Made by a program: the position numbers and the translations under genes. The notes under the pieces were generated by a model, which had not been told where the DNA came from, ran no database searches, and saw nothing but the letters and a program-made list of their open reading frames with translations. This document shows positions 6,723-16,486 of a stretch of 18,360 bases of DNA, piece after piece. Source of the DNA: Candidatus Methylomirabilales bacterium (GTDB lineage Bacteria; Methylomirabilota; Methylomirabilia; Methylomirabilales; CSP1-5). Within the stretch, counting starts at the first letter, position 1. The number at the start of each line of letters is the position of its first letter. The stretch lies in the NCBI GenBank assembly GCA_046758505.1, contig JBHIAH010000052.1, positions 1 through 18,360 on the forward strand. Direction: 5' to 3'.

Positions 6723-9533
6723 GTGAGTTACGCACCGCGCTACGAGGAAGGCGGAGTCTCCCTGCTGACCGGTGAACGTGGGGATCGACTTGCTCTTGCC
6801 TTGGACGGGTTTTTTGGTAGCGTGGACCCGCCAAGGCTCCTCACGGGGGATCGGGAGGGGACACGGGAGCGGCAGGAGCTTCTCCGGCTCCTTCGGGATT
6901 TCGTCGAGGCGGAGCGGCAGGCGATCTGGAGGCAGCACCGCCAGGGTGCGGGTGGATTGGAGGTGGTCAAGGGGCTGACGGACCTCGCAGACGTGGTCAT
7001 CCAGCAGCTCTACCACCGGACGGAAGAAGCCTCTCGCGAGGCATTTGACATCGGTCTCCCCTGTGCCTTGGTGGCCTTGGGGGGGTACGGCCGTCGGCAG
7101 TTGAACCCCGCCTCGGATATCGATCTCATGTTTCTCCACGCGACCCCCATCAACCGATCGGTCCATGCCCTCATCCATTTCCTCATCCCCCTCCTGTGGG
7201 ACCTCGGCTTTAACGTGGGCCACAGCGTCCGATCGCTGCAGGACTGTGCCCGGATGGCGACGGAGGATCTCAATTCCCAAACCGCGATGCTGGAGGCGCA
7301 TCTTCTGGCCGGGGACAAACGCCTCTCCGATCGGATGGAAAGCCTTCTCTTGGCGGGCCTCAAGCGGAGACGGGGCAATCTGTACATCAAGGCAAAGCTG
7401 CAAGAGCGGGCGGCGCGATATGCCAAATATGGTGACTCAGTTTACCTGCAGGAACCCCACGTCAAAGAGGGGGCGGGGGGCCTCCGGGATGTGCACACCG
7501 CGCTTTGGATTGCCCGGGTGCGGCACGAGGTGAGGTGCGTGGAGGATCTGGGGGGATCAGGCCTCCTTGGCCAGGAGGAGCTCCAGGGTTTGCGGCAGGC
7601 GGTCGATTTTCTGTTTCGGATTCGCAACGAGCTGCACTATCTGTCGGGACGGAAGAACGACCTCCTCCTCTTTCATCTGCAGGAGCCGGCCGCGGTGCAT
7701 CTGGGTTTCGGGGATGATCGCGTGGCTCGGGGGGTGGAGCGGTGCATGCAGCACTACTACCTCCATGCGCGAGCGATCTATCGCCTCTCGGAGCGGGTCA
7801 TCGAGCGATGTACCCAGGTGCGGACCTCCAAGGAGAGCGTCATGAGACGGCTGAGGGCGAGGGACTTAGGGGACGGCTTGACGGAGATCAATCGCGAGAT
7901 CCAGATCCTTCCACGGAACCGGCGGCTCTTTGAGGATGACCCGATCCGCCTCCTGAAGATCTTCTGGTATGCCCTCCAGACCGGGTATCCCTTGAGCTCG
8001 GGGACTCAGGAGCTCATCCGGGCACATCTGGACCTGATCGACGACCGGTTCCGCCAGTCCAGCCGCGCCCTCAATTTCTTCCTGGCCATCCTTCGAGAAT
8101 CCAAGGGGGTGGCAGCCACGCTCCGGCTCATGCACGACCTCGGCGTTCTCGGTGCCTACATCCCGGAGTTTGCCGAACTCACCTGTCTCGTCCAGTATGA
8201 CCTCTACCACAAGTACACCGTGGATGTGCACACCTTGCTGGCGCTGGAGTCTCTGGAATCGCTGGATAAGGCTCCCACGAATTATGCCGAGGAATTCCGG
8301 GCGATTGTGGCCGAGCTCAAACGGCCCGAGATTCTCAAATTGGGCGTCCTCTTCCACGACATCGGAAAAGGAGAAGGGCGGGGGCACGTGGTCCGAGGGG
8401 CGGAAATGACCGAACGGCTCCTGACCCGGATGGGCCTCCCCGACGCCGATGTGGCCGAGGTCCGGTTCTTGGTGGAGCATCACCTCGCCATGGCGCACAT
8501 CTCGCAGCGGCGGGACCTGGATGACGAACCAATGCTGATCGAATTCGCCCGAAAGGTCCGGGATATCGAGCGGCTAAAGATGCTCTACCTCCTCACCTAT
8601 CTGGATATTCGGGCCGTGGCGCCGGAGGTCTGGACCGAGTGGAAGGGGACGCTCCTCTGGGAGCTCTACATCCGCACCCACACCCTGCTCACCCGGGGAA
8701 TTCCTGAGGGAGTGGACGAGCTGGCCAAGGCGGCCGAGATCAGGGCGCGACTTTCGCACGAGCTTCGAGAGGAGTTCTCCCAGCCGATTATTCAGGCCCA
8801 TTTGGAGCAGGTGCCCGTCCGCTATCTCCTCGCCGTACCGGTGGCGAAAATGGCAGCCCACCTGCGCATGGTCGAGCGGATCGCGCAAGGCGAGGAGCTT
8901 GCGGTCCAGTGGACCCCGTATCCCCTGGTGGGCCACTGCGAGGTGACCGTCTGCGCCTTCGGTCGGCCGGGCCGTTTTGCCCAAATTGTTGGGACGCTCA
9001 CGGCCAACCGCATGAACATCCTCGATGCCCAGATCTTCACCCGCCGGGATGGGCTGGTGCTCCGGACGTTCCACGTGGACGACGGCAAGGGAGCGGTCAT
9101 TACCGATGAGGAGGTCTGGCGACGGCTCGAGATGGACCTCGGGCGCGTGCTCGCCGGTCAGATGGATGTCGGGCAACTCATCCTGGCCAGGCAACGAGAG
9201 GTCTTGCGCCGGCCGGCCCGGAAGGGGGGGACACCTCCGCTCACCCGGGTGGAATTCGACAACTACGTGTCCGAGACCCACACGGTGATCGACGTTCGGA
9301 CCCACGACCGCCTGGGCCTTCTCTACACCATCTCCAGAGTCCTGCGGGAACTTGGTCTCGACCTCCGGCTGGCCAAGATTACCACCGAGGTTGAACACGT
9401 CGTGGATGTCTTCTACGTCACCGAGCGAGACGGGGGCAAGGTGCGGGATGAGCGTCGGATGGCGGAAATTCGCGAGCGATTGGAGGATGCCATTGCGCAA
9501 GGTCTCCTGCACGAGGCCCCGGCGGGCGGTTGA
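6723..9533 (+). CDS. glnD: [Protein-PII] uridylyltransferase / uridylyl-removing enzyme
   Basis: Nucleotidyltransferase ALGGYGR..P.SDIDL, EPHVKEGAGGLRD, YHKYTVDVH, HD motif FHDIGKG, and two C-terminal ACT domains (DRLGLLY). Start moved from 6618 to GTG 6723 on promoter and RBS evidence. Confidence 0.95.
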   Translation: MSYAPRYEEGGVSLLTGERGDRLALALDGFFGSVDPPRLLTGDREGTRERQELLRLLRDFVEAERQAIWRQHRQGAGGLEVVKGLTDLADVVIQQLYHRTEEASREAFDIGLPCALVALGGYGRRQLNPASDIDLMFLHATPINRSVHALIHFLIPLLWDLGFNVGHSVRSLQDCARMATEDLNSQTAMLEAHLLAGDKRLSDRMESLLLAGLKRRRGNLYIKAKLQERAARYAKYGDSVYLQEPHVKEGAGGLRDVHTALWIARVRHEVRCVEDLGGSGLLGQEELQGLRQAVDFLFRIRNELHYLSGRKNDLLLFHLQEPAAVHLGFGDDRVARGVERCMQHYYLHARAIYRLSERVIERCTQVRTSKESVMRRLRARDLGDGLTEINREIQILPRNRRLFEDDPIRLLKIFWYALQTGYPLSSGTQELIRAHLDLIDDRFRQSSRALNFFLAILRESKGVAATLRLMHDLGVLGAYIPEFAELTCLVQYDLYHKYTVDVHTLLALESLESLDKAPTNYAEEFRAIVAELKRPEILKLGVLFHDIGKGEGRGHVVRGAEMTERLLTRMGLPDADVAEVRFLVEHHLAMAHISQRRDLDDEPMLIEFARKVRDIERLKMLYLLTYLDIRAVAPEVWTEWKGTLLWELYIRTHTLLTRGIPEGVDELAKAAEIRARLSHELREEFSQPIIQAHLEQVPVRYLLAVPVAKMAAHLRMVERIAQGEELAVQWTPYPLVGHCEVTVCAFGRPGRFAQIVGTLTANRMNILDAQIFTRRDGLVLRTFHVDDGKGAVITDEEVWRRLEMDLGRVLAGQMDVGQLILARQREVLRRPARKGGTPPLTRVEFDNYVSETHTVIDVRTHDRLGLLYTISRVLRELGLDLRLAKITTEVEHVVDVFYVTERDGGKVRDERRMAEIRERLEDAIAQGLLHEAPAGG

Positions 9534-9604
9534 CCGGTGAAAGAAGGGGGGAGGAGGAGGGCCAGGGTGGGCTGTCGTCTTCCGAGCGGTCCTCCTCCGG
9601 TTCA

Positions 9605-10468
9605 ATGTCCATAACGGGGAAGACCACGATGTGTGTCTTGTTGGGTTACCCGGTGGCCCACAGCGCTTCCCCCCGCATGCAGAACACCGCCTTTGCCGCG
9701 CTGGGGCTCGATTGGGCCTATATCCCGTGGGCAGTGCGCCCTGAAGCCTTTCCAAAGACCCTCGAGGCTCTCCGGAGGATCGAGAACTTCGGTGGGGCGA
9801 ATGTGACCATTCCGCATAAGGAAGCAGCCTTTGAGGTCTTGGATGAGCTCAGCGCGGATGCCCTTTGCATCGGCGCGGTGAACACGATTGTCCCCCGGGG
9901 GGGGACCCTCGTCGGGCACAATACGGACGGGGAGGGATTTGTGACCTCCCTCAGAGAGGAGGCCGGCGAAGATCCCGGGGGAAAGCGGGTGGGCCTCGTG
10001 GGGACGGGGGGGGGCGCCAAGGCACTGGCCTTCACCCTCGCGCGGGCCGGCGCTGCAGAGCTCGTCCTGTTCGGCCGGAGTGAGGAGCGGGCGCGAACCC
10101 TGGTCAGCCATCTGCGGAAAATGTTCCGAAATATTGAGGTGTTGGCATTGGGCTTGCAAGACTTAAAGGCCGATCGGCTGGGACGGCTGGATATTCTCAT
10201 CAACACGACACCCGTGGGAATGCAGCCTGCAGATCCGCCCTTATTTGACTATGCGATGTTGCCAGAAGACGTGATGGTGTGTGATCTGATCTACCGGCCT
10301 CCCGAGACCTCGCTCTTGGCGGCGGCCCGATCCCGGGGGTGTCGAATTCTCAATGGCTCTGGTATGCTCCTGTACCAGGGAGCACGGGCTTTCGAGCTGT
10401 GGACGGAACGGAAGGCCCCGATCCCTATCATGCGAGAGGCCCTGGCTCAGGGGGAGCAGGGTGCTTGA
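9605..10468 (+). CDS. aroE: Shikimate dehydrogenase
   Basis: LLGYPVAHSASPRMQN, GANVTIPHKE, GAVNT, GHNTDGEGF, GTGGGAKA, INTTPVGM, DLIYRP, GMLLYQG. Start chosen at MSITGKT (9605); the frame is open from 9530. Confidence 0.93.
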   Translation: MSITGKTTMCVLLGYPVAHSASPRMQNTAFAALGLDWAYIPWAVRPEAFPKTLEALRRIENFGGANVTIPHKEAAFEVLDELSADALCIGAVNTIVPRGGTLVGHNTDGEGFVTSLREEAGEDPGGKRVGLVGTGGGAKALAFTLARAGAAELVLFGRSEERARTLVSHLRKMFRNIEVLALGLQDLKADRLGRLDILINTTPVGMQPADPPLFDYAMLPEDVMVCDLIYRPPETSLLAAARSRGCRILNGSGMLLYQGARAFELWTERKAPIPIMREALAQGEQGA

Positions 10469-10540
10469 GGGCATCTCGAAGGGAACCGGTATGATGCGAT
10501 TTCCTCCCATCACGGTGCTCGCAAGAGAGTGGAGGGTGTC

Positions 10541-12244
10541 ATGACCGTAGGGTCGAGTCGCCTCGGCGAGATGTTGGTCAAATCGAAGCTGATTTCCGAG
10601 GACCAGCTCAAGAAGGCCCTGGCGCAACAGTCGACCTCGGGAGGGCGTCTCGGGAGCAATCTGGTCAAACTGGGATACCTCACCGAGGAAGATATCACCA
10701 GCTTTCTCAGCAAGCAGTACGGCGTGCCCTCCATCAACCTTGCCCACTTTGAAATCGATCAAAGCGTGATCAAGCTGGTCCCGGGCGAGATCGCCCAGAA
10801 ACACATGGTCGTCCCGATCAACCGGAAGGGGAACGTCATCACCGTGGCCATGGCCGACCCCAGCAATATCTTTGCCATCGACGACATCAAATTCTTGTCC
10901 GGCTTCAAGGTGGAACCGGTGGTGGCGGCCGAGACCTCGATCAGGAACGCCATTAATAAGCATTATGACTCTGCCGGACTCGTGCAGGACATCATGAAGA
11001 CCTTCGATGACCGGGAGGTCGCCACGGTGGACGAGAACGACGAGGGGCCCGAGGTGGGTGACCTGCAGCGCGCTACCGAGGACGCTCCCGTCGTCAAGCT
11101 GGTAAACCTGATCCTGAGCGACGCGATCAAGAAGGGGGCATCGGATATCCACATTGAGCCGTACGAGAAATCCTTCCGAGTCCGGTACCGCATTGACGGG
11201 GTCCTCTACGACGTCATGCAGCCGCCCATGAAACTGCGGGCGGCCATCATCTCCCGCGTGAAGATCATGTCACAGCTCGACATCGCCGAGCGCCGCCTCC
11301 CCCAGGATGGGCGTATCAAGATCAGGATGGGGCAGAAGGAGATCGACTTCCGGGTGTCCACCCTGCCGACTATCTACGGCGAGAAAGTCGTCCTGCGTCT
11401 CCTTGACCGATCGAACTTGCAGTTGGATATGACGTCGCTGGGATTTGAGCCCCAGGCACTGCACATCTTCGAGAAGGCGATTCTGGCGCCGTACGGGATG
11501 GTCCTAGTGACCGGCCCGACCGGCAGCGGAAAGACGACGACCCTGTATTCGGCTCTCAACCGCCTGAACACCACCGAGACGAATATCATGACTGCAGAAG
11601 ATCCGGTGGAGTTCAACCTGTCGGGGGTCAATCAGGTTCAGATGAAGCCAGAAATCGGGTTGAACTTTGCGGCTGCCCTGCGCTCCTTCCTGCGGCAGGA
11701 TCCGGACATCATCATGGTGGGGGAGATCCGCGATTACGAGACGGCGGAGATTGCCATCAAAGCGGCCCTGACCGGCCACCTGGTCCTCTCCACGTTGCAT
11801 ACGAACGATGCGCCCTCGACCGTGAGTCGGCTCATCAACATGGGGGTGGAGCCGTTTCTGGTGGCGGCCTCGACCAACATGATTCTGGCCCAGCGGCTCG
11901 CCCGAAAGATCTGCACCAGTTGCAAAGAAGAGGTCGCCGTGCCTCACCAGGCTTTGGTCGACGTAGGCCTCTCCCCCGAGGAGGCCAAGGCCCTGACCTG
12001 CTATCAGGGGAAGGGGTGCATGGAATGTAACGATACCGGATACCGGGGACGGGTGGCGCTGTACGAGGTTATGGCGATCGCCGACGACATCAAGGATGCC
12101 GTCCTGCAGGGAGCCTCCGCAAGCGAACTGAAGGAGCTCGCCCGGAAGAACGGCATGAAGACGCTGCGAGACTCAGGCCTGCAGAAGATCCGGGAAGGAA
12201 TGACCACCATCCCTGAGGTCATGCGGGTGACCAGCCAAGGCTAA
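10541..12244 (+). CDS. pilB: Type IVa pilus assembly ATPase PilB
   Basis: N-terminal RLG repeats (MshEN-like), ASDIHIEP, LDIAERRLPQDGR, Walker A GPTGSGKT, LRQDPD.IMVGEIRD, tetracysteine CTSC..CMEC. GGAGGG before ATG 10541. Confidence 0.95.
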   Translation: MTVGSSRLGEMLVKSKLISEDQLKKALAQQSTSGGRLGSNLVKLGYLTEEDITSFLSKQYGVPSINLAHFEIDQSVIKLVPGEIAQKHMVVPINRKGNVITVAMADPSNIFAIDDIKFLSGFKVEPVVAAETSIRNAINKHYDSAGLVQDIMKTFDDREVATVDENDEGPEVGDLQRATEDAPVVKLVNLILSDAIKKGASDIHIEPYEKSFRVRYRIDGVLYDVMQPPMKLRAAIISRVKIMSQLDIAERRLPQDGRIKIRMGQKEIDFRVSTLPTIYGEKVVLRLLDRSNLQLDMTSLGFEPQALHIFEKAILAPYGMVLVTGPTGSGKTTTLYSALNRLNTTETNIMTAEDPVEFNLSGVNQVQMKPEIGLNFAAALRSFLRQDPDIIMVGEIRDYETAEIAIKAALTGHLVLSTLHTNDAPSTVSRLINMGVEPFLVAASTNMILAQRLARKICTSCKEEVAVPHQALVDVGLSPEEAKALTCYQGKGCMECNDTGYRGRVALYEVMAIADDIKDAVLQGASASELKELARKNGMKTLRDSGLQKIREGMTTIPEVMRVTSQG

Positions 12245-12335
12245 GGAGGAGACCGCACGCCGAGGCAGGTGTATTCGGAAAGGGATCCGGGTGGCGGCTT
12301 CCGCTGCCCATTTCATACTGTACACCGGAGGAGTT

Positions 12336-13463
12336 ATGACGAATCTGGACCAGATGTTAAAAGAGTTGGTGGCCAAGGGGGCCTCGGATCTGCACATCAC
12401 CAGCGGCATCCCTCCGATGATCCGTCTCCACGGTCAGCTGAGACCCCTGGGGAACACTCCCCTCACGCCGGCGGTAACCAAGCAGCTCGCGTACAGCATC
12501 CTGACCGATGTCCAGAAGCAAAAGTTCGAGGAGCAGAAGGAGCTCGACTTCTCCTTTGGCGTGCGGGGGCTCGGCCGGTTTCGGTCCAACTGCTTCCTCC
12601 AACGGGGGGCGGTGGGGGTGGCCATCAGGACCATTCCGTACAAGATTTACACCTTCCACGAGCTGGGGCTGCCCAGGATCGTGGAGGAGCTCTGCAACAG
12701 GCCCTCGGGGCTCGTTCTCGTGACCGGACCGACCGGTTCGGGAAAGTCTACCACGCTGACCACCATGATCGATAAGATCAACGGCGAACGCAACGAGCAC
12801 ATCGTGACCATCGAGGATCCCATCGAGTTCGTCCATACGCACAAGAAGTGTATTGTCAATCAGCGTGAGGTGCATGCGGATACTGACTCGTTTGCGAACG
12901 CGCTCAGAGCGGCCCTCCGCCAGGATCCAGACAAAGTCCTCATCGGGGAGATGCGCGACCTAGAGACGATCGAGGCAGCCCTCACCATTGCCGAGACCGG
13001 ACATCTGACCTTTGCCACCCTGCACACCAATTCGGCCGTCCAGACGATCAACCGGATCATCGATGTCTTTCCGGCCCATCAGCAGCCGCAGATTCGCGCG
13101 CAGCTCTCCTTCGTCTTGGAGGGGGTCCTCTGCCAGTCCCTCCTCCCGAGGGCGGATGGGCAGGGGCGGGTGCTGACCCTGGAAATCATGATCCCCAACC
13201 CCGCCATCCGGAATCTGATCCGGGAGGACAAGGTCCACCAGATCTATTCGACGATGCAGGCGGGTCAAGAGAAATCCGGAATGCAGACGATGAACCAATC
13301 ACTCCTGGACCATTTTCTGAAGCGCAGTATCTCCAGGGAGATGGCGCTCGGGGCGTCTCAGAACCCCGAAGAACTGACGCAGATGATGCAGCGGGCCCAG
13401 GTCGCCGGAGCCGGGGCGGGGGGGAAGATGCCCGTGGCCGGGAGCCAATGGGGGAGGAGATAG
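12336..13463 (+). CDS. pilT: Type IV pilus retraction ATPase PilT
   Basis: ASDLHI, GPTGSGKST, TIEDPIEF, LRQDPD, TLHTNSA and the PilT signature AIRNLIRE. GGAGGA RBS before ATG 12336. Confidence 0.95.
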   Translation: MTNLDQMLKELVAKGASDLHITSGIPPMIRLHGQLRPLGNTPLTPAVTKQLAYSILTDVQKQKFEEQKELDFSFGVRGLGRFRSNCFLQRGAVGVAIRTIPYKIYTFHELGLPRIVEELCNRPSGLVLVTGPTGSGKSTTLTTMIDKINGERNEHIVTIEDPIEFVHTHKKCIVNQREVHADTDSFANALRAALRQDPDKVLIGEMRDLETIEAALTIAETGHLTFATLHTNSAVQTINRIIDVFPAHQQPQIRAQLSFVLEGVLCQSLLPRADGQGRVLTLEIMIPNPAIRNLIREDKVHQIYSTMQAGQEKSGMQTMNQSLLDHFLKRSISREMALGASQNPEELTQMMQRAQVAGAGAGGKMPVAGSQWGRR

Positions 13464-13466
13464 AGC

Positions 13467-14678
13467 ATGCCAGTTTTTGCGTTTAGCGGCAGGACGCGCA
13501 CGGGGCAGGTCGTCAATGGCGAGATGGATGCCCCCAACCGGGAGGCGGTGGTTGCGCAGCTCAGGCGCCAACAGGTCCTGGCGACTTCGGTCAAACCCAA
13601 GGCGAAGGACATTGAAATCCGGGTCCCCGGTTTTGGGGGGGCGGTCGGTGATAAGGACCTGGCCGTTGTGACCCGACAGCTCGCGACGATGATCGATGCT
13701 GGGCTCCCGCTGGTCCAGTGCCTCGATATCCTCGCCCAGCAACAGGAGAAAAAGGTCTTCAAAAAGACCCTCCATGAAATCCGGGAGGATGTGGAGGGGG
13801 GCTCCACCTTCTCCAATGCCCTCAAGAGGCATCCGAAGGTCTTCGGCACCCTGTACACCAACATGGTGGAGGCCGGGGAGGCGGGAGGCATCCTCGATAC
13901 GATCCTGAACCGGCTGGCGGCGTATATCGAAAAGGCGATGGCCCTGAAGAAGCGCGTGAAGACTGCCATGTTCTATCCATCGACCATCGTCACCGTGGCG
14001 ATCGTGGTGGTTATCTTCCTGCTGATCTATGTCATCCCCACGTTTCAGCAGTTGTTCGCGGGGTTCGGGGCGACCCTGCCGCTGCCCACGGTGATTGTCC
14101 TCGAGTTGAGCCGGATCGTCCGCACCTATCTCCTGTTTATGGTCGGCGGGCTCGTGGCGCTGATCGTGGGGATCAGGTTCTACTACCGGACCACAGGGGG
14201 AAAAAGGGCAATCGACAGTCTGCTGCTCAGGCTCCCCGTCTTTGGGCCGCTGATCCGGAAGGTGGCGGTGGCCAAGTTCACCCGGACCCTGGGGACCTTG
14301 GTCTCGAGTGGCGTGGCCATCCTGGACGGTCTGGATATCACGGCGCGGACGGCCGGAAACAAGGTGGTGGAAGAAGCGGTCTTCAGGGCACGCATGACCA
14401 TTGCGCAGGGGAAGACCATCGCCGAGCCCCTCCAGGCCTCGGGGGTCTTCCCACCCATGGTGGTGCAGATGATCGCCGTCGGGGAGCAGACCGGCGCCCT
14501 GGATCGCATGTTGAACAAGATCGCTGACTTTTACGATGAAGAGGTGGATGTGGCGGTGGCGGGGCTCACCTCGCTGCTGGAACCGCTCTTGGTCATCTTC
14601 CTCGGAGTGATCATCGGGGGGGTGGTCATCGCCATGTATCTGCCCATCTTCAAGCTGATCAGCGTCGTGGGCAAGTAG
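13467..14678 (+). CDS. pilC: Type IV pilus inner-membrane platform protein PilC
   Basis: TRQLATMIDAGLPL, AGEAGGILD, AMFYP, FTRTLGTL, VGEQTGALD..L, AMYLPIF (GspF/PilC family). Confidence 0.95.
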   Translation: MPVFAFSGRTRTGQVVNGEMDAPNREAVVAQLRRQQVLATSVKPKAKDIEIRVPGFGGAVGDKDLAVVTRQLATMIDAGLPLVQCLDILAQQQEKKVFKKTLHEIREDVEGGSTFSNALKRHPKVFGTLYTNMVEAGEAGGILDTILNRLAAYIEKAMALKKRVKTAMFYPSTIVTVAIVVVIFLLIYVIPTFQQLFAGFGATLPLPTVIVLELSRIVRTYLLFMVGGLVALIVGIRFYYRTTGGKRAIDSLLLRLPVFGPLIRKVAVAKFTRTLGTLVSSGVAILDGLDITARTAGNKVVEEAVFRARMTIAQGKTIAEPLQASGVFPPMVVQMIAVGEQTGALDRMLNKIADFYDEEVDVAVAGLTSLLEPLLVIFLGVIIGGVVIAMYLPIFKLISVVGK

Positions 14679-14687
14679 CCTGCTTCA

Positions 14688-14757
14688 TTCACGGTTCACA
14701 GCTTACAGACAGAGAGTCCGATGGGTGCGGTGAACCATGACCCGTGAACTGTGAACC
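14688..14757. repeat. Inverted heptamer array, same family as the one in nuoM
   Basis: ttcacgg ttcacag cttacag (14688-14708) and gtgaacc atgaccc gtgaact gtgaacc (14730-14757). Confidence 0.85.
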
Positions 14758-14776
14758 GGGCCTGAAGGGAAGACCG

Positions 14777-16486
14777 ATGGCGGCGGGGAAGGAAGGAGGG
14801 ACGAGGCAGACAGGCTGGGTGAAGCGGCTGAAATGGGTGATCGGCATTCGCCTGGTGATGGCGATCCTCTTCCTCGGTTCGGCGGCTATCATCCAACTGA
14901 AAGAAGAACCCCCCTACCCGACGGGTCCCCTCTTTTTCCTCTTGGGGCTGACGTTTGCCCTGAGTGGCCTCTACACGATCCTCCTGCCGCGGGTGAAGCG
15001 CCTGGATGAATTTGGCGGCCTCCAGTTCGCCGCCGATCTCTTGTTGAGCACCGGATTGGTCCACTACACCGGGGGGATCGAGAGCCCCCTGACCTTCATC
15101 TATATCTTTCCGATCTTTGGCAGCGGGACCCTGCTCGGCCGACGAGGGGCCCTTCTCCTCTCTTCGCTTGCCAGTATCCTCTTCGGGCTCCTGATCGATC
15201 TCGAGTTTTACCGGATCCTCCCCCCCGTAGGGTATGCCGCCAGCACGTACCTTTCTTCCGGCTTCGTGTTCTTCCGGGTCTTCATCAACATCGCTGCCTT
15301 TTTTCTAGTGGCGCTGTTGAGCAGCCATCTGGCTGAGCGCCTGCGGGAGGCCGGGAGGCAACTCGAGGTCCAGCGGACCGACCTCCGAAACCTCAAGACG
15401 CTCTATCGGGACGTGATTGCCACCATCCCGAGCGGGATCATGACCCTCGACCTCGAGGGACGCATCATCGCCTTCAACGCCTCAGCGGAGCGCATCACCG
15501 GTTTGAAGGCGAGCGAGGTCGTCGGGTGGCCGTACGCCGAGGTGGGCCTGGCGGGGTTCCCGGGCCTTAAGGCTTTCGGCACCCGCGCGGAGGATCCGCT
15601 ACCCGCCATGGCCTTCGAGGCTCCCTTCATGCGTGGGGATGGGACGGTGCTCCCCATCGGCGTCACCTATTCTTCCCTCCGAGACGGGGAGGAAAGACTC
15701 CTCGGGGCGGTGGCCATCTTTCAGGATCTCACCGAGCGGCGGCGGATCGAGGAGCAGCTCCGGCGTGCGGATCGGTTGGCAGCGGTGGGGCAGTTGGCCG
15801 CGAGCATTGCCCATGAGGTCCGGAACCCGTTGGCGGCCATCAGCGGCTCCATCCAGCTCCTGGAGGATGGGCTCAAGGGCCAGGAGCATGAGCGGCTCCT
15901 GGGGGTGATCCTTCGGGAGGCGGATCGTCTCAAGTTGATCACCGGCCAGTTTCTCGATCAGGTGCGGATGCCGGGACCGCCGGGGAGGGGATGCGATCTG
16001 GTCGCCTCGCTGGAGGAGACGCTGTTCCTCCTTCAGCAGAGCGAAGAGTGCCGTCCCGGTGTTCACTTCCGGTTTGAGAAGCGGGTGGAGGCCCTTCCGG
16101 TGGTGGCGGATCGGGACCGGTTGAAGCAGATCTTCTGGAATATTGGCTTGAACGCCCTGCAGGCCATGTCGGAGGGCGGGACACTCTGGGTGGTCGTTGG
16201 GCCAGAGGAGGGGTTCGGGGCAGTCGAATTTCGCGATTCCGGTGAGGGGATCCCTGCCGAGCAGCTCGCGAAGATTTTCGAGCCGTTTTATACCACCAAG
16301 GGGAGGGGGACCGGTCTCGGACTCTCCATTGCCAAGCGCCTGGTGGAGGATCTCGGCGGACGGATCGAGGTGAAGAGCCACCCGGGTGGCGGGGCGACCT
16401 TTCAGATCTTCCTTCGCCGGCTCGCCGAGGTGGGGTCAGGCGGGGCGAGCTCCTCTACCCTCTCTTCGGCTGGGGGGCCACGATGA
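14777..16486 (+). CDS. pilS: Membrane sensor histidine kinase PilS (multiple TM helices, PAS, HisKA, HATPase)
   Basis: Hydrophobic N-terminus with TGGIESP; PAS-like [20 protein letters not shown]-box AHEVRNPL; N-box [26 protein letters not shown]. Located between pilC and pilR. Confidence 0.9.
   Translation: MAAGKEGGTRQTGWVKRLKWVIGIRLVMAILFLGSAAIIQLKEEPPYPTGPLFFLLGLTFALSGLYTILLPRVKRLDEFGGLQFAADLLLSTGLVHYTGGIESPLTFIYIFPIFGSGTLLGRRGALLLSSLASILFGLLIDLEFYRILPPVGYAASTYLSSGFVFFRVFINIAAFFLVALLSSHLAERLREAGRQLEVQRTDLRNLKTLYRDVIATIPSGIMTLDLEGRIIAFNASAERITGLKASEVVGWPYAEVGLAGFPGLKAFGTRAEDPLPAMAFEAPFMRGDGTVLPIGVTYSSLRDGEERLLGAVAIFQDLTERRRIEEQLRRADRLAAVGQLAASIAHEVRNPLAAISGSIQLLEDGLKGQEHERLLGVILREADRLKLITGQFLDQVRMPGPPGRGCDLVASLEETLFLLQQSEECRPGVHFRFEKRVEALPVVADRDRLKQIFWNIGLNALQAMSEGGTLWVVVGPEEGFGAVEFRDSGEGIPAEQLAKIFEPFYTTKGRGTGLGLSIAKRLVEDLGGRIEVKSHPGGGATFQIFLRRLAEVGSGGASSSTLSSAGGPR

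Noticed and set aside
10465..10495. Internal sigma-70 promoter for pilB (TTGAGG..TATGAT)
   Set aside because: 19-nt spacing and a weak -35; not supportable without TSS data.
12250..12330. c-di-GMP-I (GEMM) riboswitch before pilT
   Set aside because: A GAAA is present but the conserved GGCAAAC / GACGCAAAGC elements are not.
14695..14755. Rex operator from TTCACA and TGTGAA half-sites
   Set aside because: Half-sites are in the wrong order, about 50 bp apart, and are explained by the heptamer array.
14744..14776. PilS start at GTG 14744
   Set aside because: This GTG is part of the repeat arm; ATG 14777 has a purine-rich RBS-like stretch.
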